Source of the DNA: Tubiluchus corallicola
Lineage: Eukaryota; Animalia; Priapulida
DNA length: 64,000 nt
Assembly (NCBI GenBank): GCA_030141605.1
Contig: JAQGDQ010000048.1
Coordinates: forward strand, 310,001-374,000
Direction of reading: 5' to 3'
Of this stretch, positions 39,561 through 55,760 are shown one piece after another. Made by a program: the position numbers and the translations under genes. Below the pieces are notes generated by a model. It made no database searches. It was not told the DNA's origin and was given only the letters and a program-made list of their open reading frames with translations. The first letter of the stretch is position 1, and each line of letters opens with the position of its first letter.

Positions 39561-41281
39561 GTCAGCTAAAGGAAATGTTAGGCGGTGTCGACAAATCAAA
39601 GTCCTTACCTGACCCTGAATAAATTCACCTACTCAAATAATAAATATACCTGCTGAAACCAATACTTTAGATCTATTTTTGCCGAACGGGTAAAATGCTT
39701 TACGTTAAATAGCAGCAAAATAACCTTTACTTAACCTCAGCTTGTCAAAAACATGTACTGCATAGATCTCATTACTGAAAATGTCATAATAGGAGAAGAA
39801 AAACGTATCAGAAAATGTTGTGTACCTGTTTAACGCTTGTCATTATTAATTAATAACAGGTAAGATGAGACATCACATACAAAAACTACTACTCACGTCA
39901 AACAACACAACAAAACTGTTTGCTGAATTTAAAATGTTAATTTCAGTTTAACAGACAGAAAATGTTACCATCAGCTGAAATGATAAAATATTAAAATGTG
40001 CAACCAGCAAATCTAAATTAAAAAATGTTTGTTAACCCACTTGAATTCATTTGTGAGGTAAAATATGCTAAACAAAAATGCTACGAATACCTCTTTAAAC
40101 AATTTTTAATATTAAAATTTACTTAAATTTTTGATAGGGTTTAGCAAAAGTTGTCACCATATGTAGAATATCATACCAAGATATCTAGCAATCTAAATGA
40201 TGGAAATTCCATCATCATGCTAGATGCATACAAAATTTATAACATTTAGGTATTCCCACAAGCTAATTACCTGGCGCCAGTTTCACATGCTGGCCATAGT
40301 GTAGATACCGTTAGATTTCACACACTAAACAGTGACCATGTCATAATGCAGCTAATGTGGTTATGCCTGTAATATTCAGCACACCTACACGTAAAGCATA
40401 ATCTAATCACCATTGCCTATTTGCAGGCGCACGCGATACCCACTAATCTATAAAGAAATTACAAAATTTCATCCACGTGGAAGAAATTCATGTGCAAAAT
40501 TTACTGTAGTAAGGATTAACTACTGCACCATAAACATAAATTCTGTTCGTACACGTTGGTCAAATTACGAAGTACAAAAAACGTTAAAAACAAGTGAATT
40601 TACAAAAAAATATGGCCTGCTTTTATGCAATGTGCATATTGACAAGACAAAAACTTTTATTTGTGCTAATGAAAATGGATTGCCACGACACTTTGCAAGC
40701 ACCTCGTCTTAGTCAAGCGACCACAGAATCCACAGTTAAAGAGAAACGCTAAGTAAACGACCAAACATACAGAAAGACACCATAAAGTAGGGAAGCGCTC
40801 TGCACAGAAGACTCACGAGCGTATTGATTAGCTTAGCACAGTGAAACCCTCCTTCTGTGATTGCGAGTGCACCAGCACGTTTTATCATCAATGCACCAGG
40901 CGTCCCGGCGATGGGAATCTGGAGGGAGCTGAAACTGAACAACTCTCTCCTCCCACGCGCAAATCCGGCGACGCGCAAAAGCTGCAAGCGGCAAAACAGC
41001 AAGATTAATAGTGAAGCCACTGGGAGATAAAACAAATGGCAACAAAAGTAAAGGCAGTAAATCATCTCAAATATTTTCAAGGAGAAAAGTCTGTGTGTTT
41101 TTCTGGGTAGCCAAGCAAAGCTGACAAAAGCAAACTCCACGCAAAGGCAATAGCCTGCAGATTACAAAACTAAAGTTGAAACTAAAGGTGTGTTCACATC
41201 TTCACATAAATATAAACTGACATCTAGAAACGTCTTACATCATTTACTAGGATGTTAACACAGGATGTTTACTAGGATAGT

Positions 41282-41528
41282 AAAAATACTATAGGCAAAA
41301 GTGTCAACTTCATAGTCTAAAGGCGTTCTCACACCTATGCTAATGGTAATTAGGTCAAGTAGCATTTTAATTGGGGAAACCAACCCAAGTAACCTCACAG
41401 AGTCCAATACATCTAATACAATCAATACAAATAACAAAGTAACAAAAATAGTATAGGCAAAAGTGACGACTTCATAGTCTAAAGGTGTTCTCACACCTAT
41501 GTTAATGGTAATTAGTTCAAGTACCATT
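41282..41528. repeat. ~85-bp direct repeat, period 162 bp
   Basis: AAAAATA.TATAGGCAAAAGTG...ACTTCATAGTCTAAAGG.GTTCTCACACCTATG at 41282 and 41444. Confidence 0.92.
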
Positions 41529-42084
41529 CCAATAAATCTAACACAATCAATACAAACTGCAGTTTGTTGGTAGCCATGCACCTAAAAGCCATTATCACTA
41601 CAAAATGAGAAAGTGCATCCCATGATCCATCACACACTGGGCAGACTATTTTTAACAATTCATTGCTTTACACACACTGAAATTTACACGACGTTCAAAT
41701 CAGATCTATTTGTATGCTTTATTGCAAAATTATGCAAAAAAGGTTTAAATTGAATTGATTTTTTTATTTGTCTCATACAAAAGCAATATACAGCAAAGTG
41801 TTAGTGACAATGTCAGTTTACTGATGCACGTAATATAGTAAATAAGCCACATGGACAACTTTTTTACAGTTAACAGAAAATTCAGAAAATGAATTTATAA
41901 GGCTGATGGCGACTTATGAAATCCGTATTTCGTGAAACACGCGGACACACATTTATATCTAACTACTTATGTATCTGTACATTTATGTGCTCAAAAAGTA
42001 AACGCTGTTAATAATACCTTAAATACTGCTTGTGATACCCGATCAGCTTTCATGTTACAAACAAACAATAAGCACTAGCTCACG

Positions 42085-42325
42085 TTTACAAGGTAAACAA
42101 AAGTGTTTCCTCGCACTCGCTTGTACCTCATTTGACGTCGCCGGTAATTCGAAGAATCGGATCGCTAACAACTACTACCGTTTCCTTGGTAACCGCGAGT
42201 AGCGACGCGCAATATTGATTGACAGAGAGGTATCCCACAGGTGCGAAGAGTGCCTGAAAAATTTTTCAGGTGAATTTAAGGTTTCTGAGGCGATGAACGC
42301 TACGCGACATTAAACCAATTAGGAA
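42085..42325. promoter_or_regulatory. Candidate promoter/enhancer upstream of numb (CpG-enriched motif cluster)
   Basis: Locally CpG-rich; GTAAACAA (forkhead-type, ~42093), TGACGTC (CRE-like, 42133-42139), GTTTCCTTGGTAAC (RFX X-box-like, 42180-42193), TGATTGACAG (PBX-MEIS/PREP decamer, 42216-42225), CCAAT (~42316). Confidence 0.5.
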
Positions 42326-44304
42326 GGCATGTAAAGATTTAATCCACATACTTATAAGGTATGACACCGTTCACAAAGCTTCATGTTGATCAATACAGCT
42401 GGGCTTCTCTGTCTGCTCAGCTGCCAGGTATGTTAAATAAAGTAAATAGCCTGTACACCAAACTAAACAAGCTTAATTTGCATGAAACAGACAACTACTA
42501 GATCAGTACGAACAAGTGAAGCATTTAGACAACCTATATGACTCAGCCAGAACCCACTGCTATCCAGAAACTTATTCTAAGAATTCAATTATAGCCAAAT
42601 GACGTGTTTTTAGTAATGGCTACCATTTGAAAAGCAAAAACAGCATTTAAAACGCCATGCTAGGTGAACTCTCACTGGATTGTTAGATAGAACATGCACG
42701 ATTCTGTGGAGATTGATCATTCAGATCATTCAGAGATAGGTTTTATGAAAACTGCACATGCACAAAACACATAAAATTAATGTATTCATTTAGCTAGCGA
42801 TTCAAAAATTTTTACTGTTACATTTATGAAATGAGACCCCTGAAGCTATCAAAATTATATATGCGATCATCCGAAGGTTACCACAAGCCTGTCTGGACTC
42901 TAAAAGTCAGTGTTATCATTGTGAAATCACTGTCTGAAGTAAAAACATCTGATAAACCGGATTACCTTTCAAAATAGCCCACTTAATATGAGCAAGAAAA
43001 TTAAACAAAGAAAACCATAAAAGTGCAACATAATTTCAGCAAAGCTACTCCTCATACAGTAATATCCAAAAATAATGTAAGTACATTTTAGATTATACCT
43101 TCGAAACTTTGCCATTTTGCAACCACTAATAAAATGTCTCCACTACACTAGTTTGCAATGCAACAAAGCAAAACAGACCTCCTGAAATGATCAGTTTTCT
43201 TACAAATTTTTGAAAACACAGAAATGTGCAATTAATGAACTGAACAAACTCCACATGCCAGTCAGATTTCTCCTTGAGTGTGGGAATTCCAGTAGACATC
43301 AACAGGTGTATTGGCATGACGACATTCATTTACACACACACACAGAACCAGTATAAAATATGTAAAGCTCATTTCACAGATAATTTTCCATAGTTATCCA
43401 CAGATAAAATCAGATATAGAAACTAATACAATGTGTAACAAAAAATGCTCTTTAAATTAGATTACTGATTTGAAAATAGCAAAAATTAAACATTTCAGGT
43501 AACACAGATAATTTACTGCATCTAGAATTAAGTAAAATTGACATTACTACCAGCAGATCAAAATTTGAAGTCTGTCTGTTTGTCTGTTTTTTAAGGCACC
43601 AACTTTGTCTATAAATTAGTACTCATTATTTGCACATCAGTGGGTTTTTTTCATACTGGTCAGTATGACAAATATTGCATAAACTGCAAAGTTTTGTATT
43701 CAAGGCCCAAGAAAGCAATAAACAGAATAATTATACAATTTTAAAAACAATAATACCATATCTGACTGGTTGACCATTATGGTCTTTCGCCATCCTATTT
43801 CCAATATGATAATTAAATACACTTATTTGTTTCATTTATATCATGAATATGGAAATAAATGCACATTTGAATTGAACTGAATTGAATATCCGTTAATAAA
43901 AGACTTTTATGCTTGACCTCCTAACATTATACTATACAGTTATAATTAGTAGATATATCGAATTTTTCAGTTCAGTTTGAACAGTGTACACTAATTGGGA
44001 AAAGGGATTTTTTTCCCAGATTAGTCAAAACTGCAAAACTCATGGCAAACTATAAAGTTAATCAGGGAAAATTTTTTAGCATGTAGCACATTTGCACAAT
44101 TGCATATTTTATCACTTACAATAATTTCACTATAATTCACTAATATTAAAGAAATTAGCTACTTACTTTCAGCATCTGAAGTAAAGCATGAGTTCCGCAT
44201 GCATACAGTTGTCAGAGAAGAAAATCACATCAAAAACTTGCAATCTGAAAACAATATTAAATCTTGATAGGTCTAGAAACTTCGTCCACAAAACTGTTAA
44301 ACAT

Positions 44305-44807
44305 CATAGGCGGATCCAGGAAGGTGCACCCCTCTTTTTTGCCACGACAAAATTATTTTATTTCAGAATACATCCGTGATGTTTATATGCGAAATGTGAA
44401 GGTGTGTCTTCCTTTGCAGTCTACTGTCGTAATGCTAAACTAGTTGAATACGCCCTTCTTAGTTATATGAAAGGAGAATCCCCGCCGCCCTCGAGGAAGT
44501 TGCACGTGACTGAATGAGAATGAATATTAGCTAGAAATCCGACTTGAGGTTTCGTTCTCAGGAGCCAGTCTTACCAGCAAATTTTTCGAAGTTGAAGAAA
44601 CGATTGGTGTTATAGCCTTGCTTATTTTGGACTCAGATGTGCTCAGACTGCAGGAAAATGGTCCCAAATTTTCAAAATTTTCCTAGGGGAGAACCACCCA
44701 GACCCCCCTCTCTGACTCCAGCCTTCAGCGCTCCGTGGTAATATACCAAACATTCCATTCTTTGACATTCCGGCACCCCTTTTCTGAAAATCCTAGATCT
44801 GTCCCTG
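44305..44807. mobile_element. Non-autonomous hAT-like MITE with 5-bp direct flanks
   Basis: Imperfect TIRs CATAGGCGGATCCAGG / CCTAGATCTGTCCCTG (11/16); inner GGTGCACCC / GGCACCCC; AACAT on both sides (44300-44304, 44808-44812). Confidence 0.65.
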
Positions 44808-46599
44808 AACATATAGAAAAAGGACATTCCTATAGCTTTCTTCAACTATATACAGAAAAGAAAAAACATTTGAAAATTCCTGTCCTTTGACTCACAAAAG
44901 CTCTTTACTAGCAATGTTCATATGGGCCTTAATAATAGTAACAATGTTTTACTGTTTGGTATGCTTGCATTTCTAATTTAAACCTCGGCATCTAGTCTAG
45001 TAATCTAGAATGCAGCTGTAGTAATACAACACATGGAAAAATACATTCTGCCACACTCCATTTTAATAAACCTACACTGATTATAAAATGTGTTAAATTA
45101 CTTTATTTAAAATAACACAATAATAATAATAAAGTGAAAACATTTAGCTCAATGACAGATAATGGGCAGAAGTATAGATACGACTATTGCGACATTAGTC
45201 TTTTGTATCCAAAAAAGGTTTTTGTGCATTTGCAGAACTCAAGTATACATTTACGTCATCAGGGCCAGTGGATTCTCCATAATTTCTAAGGCATGGCATC
45301 ATCAACATACCTGTTGTACAACACTAAAGTTTTTAATAATTCAGACAGAAAACATGCAAAAGACTAACTGATGCGGGTAGGCATGAGTTCAGTAGCAACA
45401 GAGCTCCAAACTGGAGGCGATGCAGGAGTTTCAGCTTCCATTATGACAATCATTGCCTTTAATTTGTTTTTTGTTATCAGTACACTATTTTACTCACTGC
45501 ATGTGAGCAGTTATTAGGCAGCACCAAAAGCAACCATTTTACTAACAACATCCACCTGTGCACAAAGAGTTTGTATGGCTACCCAATGAATAGGCATTTC
45601 ATCTATACATTATTAAACTAATGCAAATGTTAGCAAGTGACCGATGGCTTACAATCAGAACACGCACTATCTCCTACTTTAAGCAACACATTGCTTTTGA
45701 AAACTAAAGGCACTCTCTCAATAAAACAGGGAAGGTGTATTTTCTGATTCCATTTTGACAACATTTTACTTTTTACTAGAAAAAACAAAGCACACAGACT
45801 ATTGACAGCTTTTCATATTTTGCTGAAGAGGGCCTTGAAACTTTGTTGACAATGACGACCAGTATGTTTATAGTTATTCTGTATGGCAGCAGCTGGAGTA
45901 AGAGCTTGCCGTGGCTTAGCCAGGGAAGTGTGGCATAGTGCAGATTGCTGATCTCAGTATTAAATACTTAAAAATTAAAACTGCGGGTCTACTAGGAACA
46001 GGATTTTATCTGAGCCATATTTGTTCCAGCTGAGTAATTATTTATGAGATACCTGAACAATAAAGTTTATAACAAAGAGCAACGTTGGATTTAAGAAAAT
46101 ACTTCTTTAGCCATAGGATAATCAGTATGTAGAATGGATTACCTCAAAAGGCTATGGAAGCAGTTACAGTTGATTTCTTTATAGAGGCCATCCAAATATA
46201 TGTTAATACTATGGAAGAACGAAATTTAGATTGGATTCACGAGAAATAATTCTGTAAACACTGATTTTTTCTAAAGCAAGACATTAGACTACTAGTATTA
46301 TTAACTACTACATGCTACTACATGTTTTTGCTCAAGCCTCAATGTGTACATCAATCATGATGTGATTATATGTGCAAGGAAAAGGTCAAGCCTTCAGGGA
46401 AGTTAGGCTTATTTCATGATTGGGAAAATGGTGGAAGGATTTAGCAATAAAAGTATAATAAGCACCATGCGTAATTAATAAAATAACTTTAGAGGACTTC
46501 ACAATCATTTCATGCTTGAGCACTTCCATTTTGAATGCCCATTCTTCCACCAATGGCATCATTCATCCATCATTTTCAGTATAATAGATTTTAGCAAAA

Positions 46600-46790
46600 A
46601 ATTAGCTAAATTTGTGATATTTTTGCATGAACTTCAGGCAAGTTGCAACAGATTGAATTAGTTTAAGCAGCACACACTTACGGAAAACCATGATGCACTT
46701 ACGAAAAGTCACGAAGTCCACCACTTATGTCATAATTTCAAGGAAATGGTGGCTACCATCAAGCTTGACAATTTCTATAAAACGGCAGTA
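46600..46790 (+). repeat. Interspersed repeat fragment, copy B
   Basis: Same motifs in the same order as 29110-29260, with a ~40-bp insertion. Confidence 0.8.
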
Positions 46791-48363
46791 TAATTTATAA
46801 AGTAACTCTACTTTAATTGATAACAGCAAGATAAACCCAACATGTTAAGTGACTGTTCTTTCCTCTAAATGTGCAAGCGGCACAAAAGGTTGTATAATTA
46901 AATGAGGGTATCATATAACCCATTTTGCATTTCTTACACAAGACTACCAAAATCAAAGCGATAGCAAATGTAAACAATGACAGGGTACCTGCAAAAGTGA
47001 GAATAGGCGAAGAAAGTGCCATAACTTAGAAACACTAGCGTCACTGCTGCACAGAACGTCATAAAATTTATTGCACCTTTTGCAGGACTAGGTCTACTAA
47101 AAATTCAAGCACTATTACTAGTATTAGTATTACTATTAGTATTAGTACTAAGTCTAGTTAGTGTACACAAAACTGCAGCATGTAAATCTAACTAAAACAA
47201 TCCAAAGCTACAGATTCTATGAATATTTTCCAAAATTAATTAATTAAAATTTAAAAACATTTACATAATGATCATAATCAATTTTTTGCAAAAAATATTA
47301 AAAACAAAACAAACCAGTAAAAGCAAAAACGAAGATGTGCTGCCATCACATGGAAGTAATTTTAACTGTACAGTGTTTATAAATTATTACTAGGTGGCAC
47401 TACATAAGAAACACGTGCCGCATGTTTCCATGGCTTGTCTAGTGAAATTAAGTGGAATGAGTGTTTACTTATAATTGTAGTTTAAAGGTATAACAGTTCC
47501 AAAGTTATTAAGCATAAAAACTTTTTTTGAGTGAATCTGCTCTGAACGTAGAGAAACGTATCACAACTAGGTCTTAGTCAGTAGAAGAACCTGCCTAGCC
47601 TTCTGGAAGTTAAAATTTCGTTTTACAAATTTAATATTACTTTATAGAATAAATAAACCGGTTAACGGAGGAAGTAGTAAACTCTACCAATGTAAATTCT
47701 TCCAAAAGTCTAGCAGGCTGGACGGTGGCGATTCTATTTCTCGGTGGTATGGATTTTCTATCTCGCTGCAAATGGCACTTTGTGCCATATTTATGTTGAA
47801 ATAATAGTTCGCGGAAAATGTGTTGGATCTCTGCTAGGTGTTATTCACGATAATGTAGTTAATGTTATTATAATTGCCGTAGACCTCATAGATGGGGCAT
47901 TGTTTAATTAATTTTACTTCAGAAAAGGCAAAAATATTCTTCTACAAAACAACAGGCAGAATAGTTGAATACGTGCAGAATACTTCACAAATATACTTTC
48001 CATCAGTATAGAATTAAGATTAAAATGGATAAAATTATGAATTGCAGTTCTTGTGTCTAGTCCGGATACGTTGGTCCAGATGACATGATATTCTGGATAA
48101 TACCCTCCCCCTTGCTACGACAGGTTTCTGCAAGCTGCACTTGTCACGGGTACAAGCGAGCACTCATTCGAGTTCCAAAAACCGTATGCAAGAATGAACT
48201 GTGAAACTCATTCTTTTTTCCTGAAATGAGAATTGTCAGAATGGTTTGCCTCAGCTTGCCTAGTATGGCAGTTTCATGGAGACGTGTGAAAGAATTCGTC
48301 TGGGAATGTAACACATAGAATAGGGTGCACCACTGCACTTAGCTGCGGTAATAATGCCAACTA

Positions 48364-48904
48364 CAATAGAATCCGCTTATAATGAGGACCTTGAAAATTT
48401 GCTCACTATAACCGAGTCTCGTTATAGCCATATCTGCTAGCCTATTATCATCTGAGAAGCAGTAAGGCTGAAAGCAAACACTATGTAGAACGTTCCTGCT
48501 TTATTGATCATTGGTGGATGAGTCTGGTTGTCATCATCATAGTGTGATGCGGTGGGTTTAGTGTGAATGGGTAGTATTGTAGTGTAGGCTATTGGGGTGG
48601 GTGTAGTGTGATGCAGTGTGCTGCGGTTGGTATGTTGCAGTAGATGTGGCATGACATGGGTGGTATGGTGTGTTTTGTCATTGAGGGTTTATGTGCAAAA
48701 ATTTTTTGGCTAATCAAAATGGCTAATGAAGCCACTAAAGTGTAAACTTTTAATTTGTTTGAGATTCAAAGTTAATTCACGATATGGATATGTAAGCTCT
48801 TGAAAAATTGATTTGGCAAGCCCTTGCATAAGCAAAACTCTGTAAGTCAGATGACATTTTTGTTCTTTCAGAACCAGACTGTCCTGATAATCGAGGTCTT
48901 ACAG
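48364..48904. mobile_element. Degenerate pogo/Tigger-type MITE with an internal GT-rich tract
   Basis: TACAATAGAATCCGCTTATAA...TATAACCGAG...CGTTATAGCC at left; GATAATCGAGGTCTTACAGTA at right; GTGTG-rich tract 48530-48680. Confidence 0.45.
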
Positions 48905-50044
48905 TAGAACTTTTTTACTTTATCACCACAACTTATCACATATGCAAGGCAACACTGCTAAACTTTACAAATCTAAGATCTTCTCAGACAAGAATTTTTG
49001 TGGGGATTAGGACCATCAAGCTCAAGTGCCACCACAGGTGCCACAAGCTCTAGCTTTGCCACTGAAAAACCTGAGTAGATGTATATAAGGAAAAATTTGC
49101 TATGTAGTGTTGTCAAATATCTATACCAAATTAAAAGCTGTATATGATTCTACGCATTGAAGAAAAATGGGAACAGGTAGATTTTTGGCTGCCTGTCCCC
49201 ATTTCTGGCCAAATTTGCCCTCAGTTAGTGGTAGTAAATACTGCCTAGTAAAGAATCTCATATACTCGACAATGGGTATTGTAGTACATGTAATTATAAA
49301 TGTAAATAGTTTCTTTCTTTACCTTGACTCAGTTCTCAGTAAACTATGTTTACATCAAGCATTTAATTTTCTCTTTTTTATTTTCTACTAATGTTTTAAA
49401 ATGTTGTCTTCTCTTTTTGTGTTTTTATCATGATAAAATGTCTAATGTCTAAAATCACACTGTTTGTGGTGGTATCCAGTATTTGATATTTCTGAAAAGC
49501 TTTTCGTACTCAGACTGCTTTCATTCCTGACCAACTCATTACGTAGGCATCCCAAATCTATGCTAAACTGTACAATGGATTACTGATTTTTCGGTTCAGC
49601 AGTTGCCAAGTAGCAGCGGTGTACTGGTCATAGGCCAAGTGACATCATCACCCATTTACTTCTCCTGGGGTTGTGTAATTGGAAGGGGATAACTGCATGG
49701 CATACTGTTAGCTGTTTGTAGATGATAAAAAGGAGTCTTTTTAAAGTAATTTGTTAGTAAGGTTGCACTAATAGCAAGCCACAAGACCAGTGTAATTGTT
49801 ATAGCAATCAGACTCTTCAACTCAAAAAAGCATATCTGGAAAAGCAAATCTGGAGATGTTTCAAAAAAGTTAAAAAACCTGCATATTCCTTGAAAAATCT
49901 GCTTAAAAACCTAGAGACTCCTATTACACTGCAGATATAAAACCAGGTTATGATCACCATAGCACTGACATCGTTTTCCAAAAAGTTAAACTGATGTAAG
50001 TTAAATGTCAAAACAGTTTTGCGTTAACTTTGCTAATGCAAAAC

Positions 50045-50170
50045 AGCAAAATAATGGCGCGATGCAAAATGACTCTAAACTTGTTTGCAGAAGAAAAGTT
50101 CATATTTCTTTTAGTTTTTTCAGTAAAATGAAAATTTATAAAACAACGTTCTTTTATTTACCATGAGTAA
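50045..50170 (+). promoter_or_regulatory. Probable DIMT1 TSS region / non-coding first exon
   Basis: YY1-like AATAATGGCG at ~50050, donor GA|GTAAGT at ~50167, and a matching acceptor at 50820 ahead of the ATG. Confidence 0.4.
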
Positions 50171-50858
50171 GTAAAGGTGTATCGTGAGGTTGTGAGAAAT
50201 GAGTTAAAATGGTGATATATTCATGATAAAACCATGGGAGTTGAGAGATCTGAGCTTTATAGAATATTCGATAAAGCTAGTTAAGCAAAACGTTGTGTAA
50301 ACGTGTAAAATTCTATTCCAGTTGCCGTGCATCTAGTGATATAAAGTTTTTAAATAAATATTCTACGTTAAACTTAGAAATGATGAAATCTGATTAACTT
50401 GCCAAGAAATTATTTGTCAATATCTTTCTGCTTGGGGATGGAAAAAAACAACATTTTAATTTTAAACATCATTTCCCCAATGTTTCCCCAATATTTTGAA
50501 TGCTACCAGCATTAAGGCTTTTATCACTTTAATCTTTATAATATAACAGCCTTCATTAATACATTTCAAAATGCTATTGTTCAAGTTACTTTTAAAGTTA
50601 CCCCAATTGAAAGTGGCTACTTTTTTACTTAATAGGATTTCTTTCTGAAGCTTTTGGAGCAAAAATGCACAAAGAGAGCCTTAGAAAGGCTTCCTGAATT
50701 AGCAATGGTAACTTGGTCCGTGAAAAGGCTTAAGAAACATTAGAGCATTTTTTGTTGTACTATAAAGATCATCAATTTAGCAAGAATTACTTCATTTACG
50801 ATTATGCATTTGTTTTTTAGATATAAATTTATGACTAGGTAGCTGACATTTGAACTGA

Positions 50859-53546
<2,688 letters not shown>

Positions 53547-53789
53547 ATTGCAGAAATTAAAACGATGGCAAATTCCTATCGTTCAGTTTTCCTCCTGAAT
53601 TTATGAAACTTCAAATAACTGAAATATATAATTTGACAATATGTGTGAAGTTTTGCATTAAACTTTTTTCTTGCTTTTTAGCAGCCACAAGTAGCTTTTG
53701 TGCAACAAGTTTGAATGAATTCAGATTAAAATCCACATAGTGCTGTGACCATACTTACACCTGACTATACTTGGTCAAGTGCCTTTAAA

Positions 53790-54495
53790 CAATCCTAATT
53801 TTTTTATCTGAGCCAATGACCTCAGGTGTTTGCAAATTAGCATGAATTAAAAGTAGATGCTCTAGTTTTCACATTTTGGCTTCTGTTTCGGGCCCTTAAC
53901 TAATCCTAGTTTTATAGTTGTCTGAGCCCATATTCCAGCTGTCTACTCTGCAAGTTTCATGACTTTACATTTTGTAGCTTTAGAGTTACTCAGTGTTATG
54001 CATTTTGGCTCCTATCTGGAACCCTTAAAGAACCCCAACTTTTTAAAAGCCCGGGTACATATCTACCCCACATTACGTAAATTGTTATCAAAAAATTTGA
54101 ATTTAACTCAAAGCCCTATGAGGAGTTGAGTGGCAATCAGAAAACTGACTCATGTCCATTATCCCTTGACCATTTGACCGAGGTTGCAACTCATCTCACT
54201 ATTTTCATGGTTCCTACCCCATAAGTTTTGTGACTTTAGTGCTCTACATTTGCGAATTAATATGAATTAAAACTGCATTCTCCAGTTTTCACATTTTTCA
54301 CATTTAGCTCCTGTATCTGACCCTTAATACAATACCAACTTCTTTAGCCATACCCTGGTATTTCCAGCATCCTTGACCATTTGACCATGGTCACCTTTTC
54401 CCATATCATTTTCAAAGCCCCTATCCTAGGTATCTGCCGTGCAAGCTTCGTGACTCTATCCCTCTGTGTTTGCAAGTTAGCTTGAATTAAAAAAA
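53790..54495. repeat. Degenerate modular repeat array (Helitron/HINE-like internal repeats)
   Basis: Recurrent TTTGC.A.TTAG..TGAATTAAAA (53830, 54250, 54470), AGTTTTCACATTTT, CCTTGACCATTTGACC (54164, 54371) and CAAGTTTCATGACT-like modules. Confidence 0.6.
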
Positions 54496-54816
54496 GGAAA
54501 ACTTGATGCTTAACATAATGAAAAAATGAAGAAAAATCAGGGTGAGGGTCTTATGGGTTCTCCTAGATTGGAGATTTTGGCACTCATACATAAAAACTAC
54601 AAGTCGTGTACTGTGTGTTAATATTCATGATATTACTAATATTTACTCAGTAAATTGCCCTGCAGAGCTTTGTGTGAGTTATTATTTTTTTACAGTATTC
54701 GTGTCCTACACTTTTAATGTCATGGTCAACCGTGAGGCAAACAAGCTTGCCTTAAACTTGGGTTATGTGTTACCAACAGTATATAGTTATGTAGACAATT
54801 GGATATTTTTTGCCGT

Positions 54817-55007
54817 TACAAATGGATTTTTTATGTCCACCAATGTACAGTTTTCAAATTCTTTCACCAAAAGAAATAGAAGAAATATTTAGATTGGTTA
54901 AAGATAACAAAGTAGGAACATACAATGGATTTTTTATGTCCACCAATGTGCAATTTTCAAATTCTTGCATTAAAAGAAAAAGAAGAAATATTTAGATTGG
55001 TTAAAGA
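54817..55007. repeat. ~104-bp-period tandem duplication
   Basis: AATGGATTTTTTATGTCCACCAATGT...GAAGAAATATTTAGATTGGTTAAAGA twice. Confidence 0.93.
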
Positions 55008-55080
55008 AAAAAACAATTTAGACACCTGTGCTGTGTTAATTAAGCATACATAACTAGTGAGAGAAACATATTTCACCAAA

Positions 55081-55760
55081 ATGTAGAGTGATTTCTTTTT
55101 AGTGTAACCCGAGAGGACATTACAGAATATTTGCACTTCAGCAGATATTGTTGGAGTTGGGGTGATATCTGATGGACATGCAGGGGCATATTAAGACATT
55201 ACGACATGTCTAGATAATGTAGAGTGATTTCTTATTGATGATTAGACAAGTGGGCATAACAGAATATTTGCAATTCAGCAGATGTGGTTGGAGACACAGT
55301 TGGAATGATATCTGATGGACATGCAGGGGCATAAGACATTACAACCACCTAAGCTGATGGTGATCAATCCTGCCCATCCCCATTACAGTTGTGTATATAA
55401 TAGATGCAGTTTATACTTGCTTGTGCTGCATTAATATCATCATTACCTAGTAACCTAGTAGCTACTTTGTTATTGTTAAGTACATGCAATTGCCATGCAT
55501 TGCATAGTGCATATGTTGATGCAGGTTGCGCAACTGCTTATTGTGTAATATGTATTTAGGTATTATGCCTTTTATGTATTAACTATCAATGTAACTACTG
55601 AGAGAAAGAAATTTCACTGAGATCTGATAGATGTGTAGATGATGCAGAGTGATTTCTTACTGATGTAACACAAGGAGTGACACAAGTGGGCTTAATGGTA
55701 TAATTGCACTTCTGCAGACAGTGTTGGAGGCACTATTAGGGTAATAGCTGATGGACATAA
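55081..55760. repeat. Three diverged ~120-bp direct repeats (55081, 55217, 55642)
   Basis: Each has ATG.AGAGTGATTTCTT ... TTGCA.TTC.GCAGA ... GTTGGAG ... CTGATGGACAT. Confidence 0.88.

Noticed and set aside
41255-41581. 108-aa hydrophobic ORF with an internal repeat
   Set aside because: Explained by the 162-bp-period DNA duplication; no splice context or family motif.
55235-55316. TGATGA...CTGA spaced ~80 nt, resembling a C/D box snoRNA
   Set aside because: The C box is absent from the other two repeat copies, there is no good terminal stem, and I recognised no rRNA-complementary guide. snoscan would settle it.
55081-55760. Repeats with variable interiors, superficially CRISPR-like
   Set aside because: Eukaryotic context, long diverged units with homologous interiors, irregular spacing and no cas genes.
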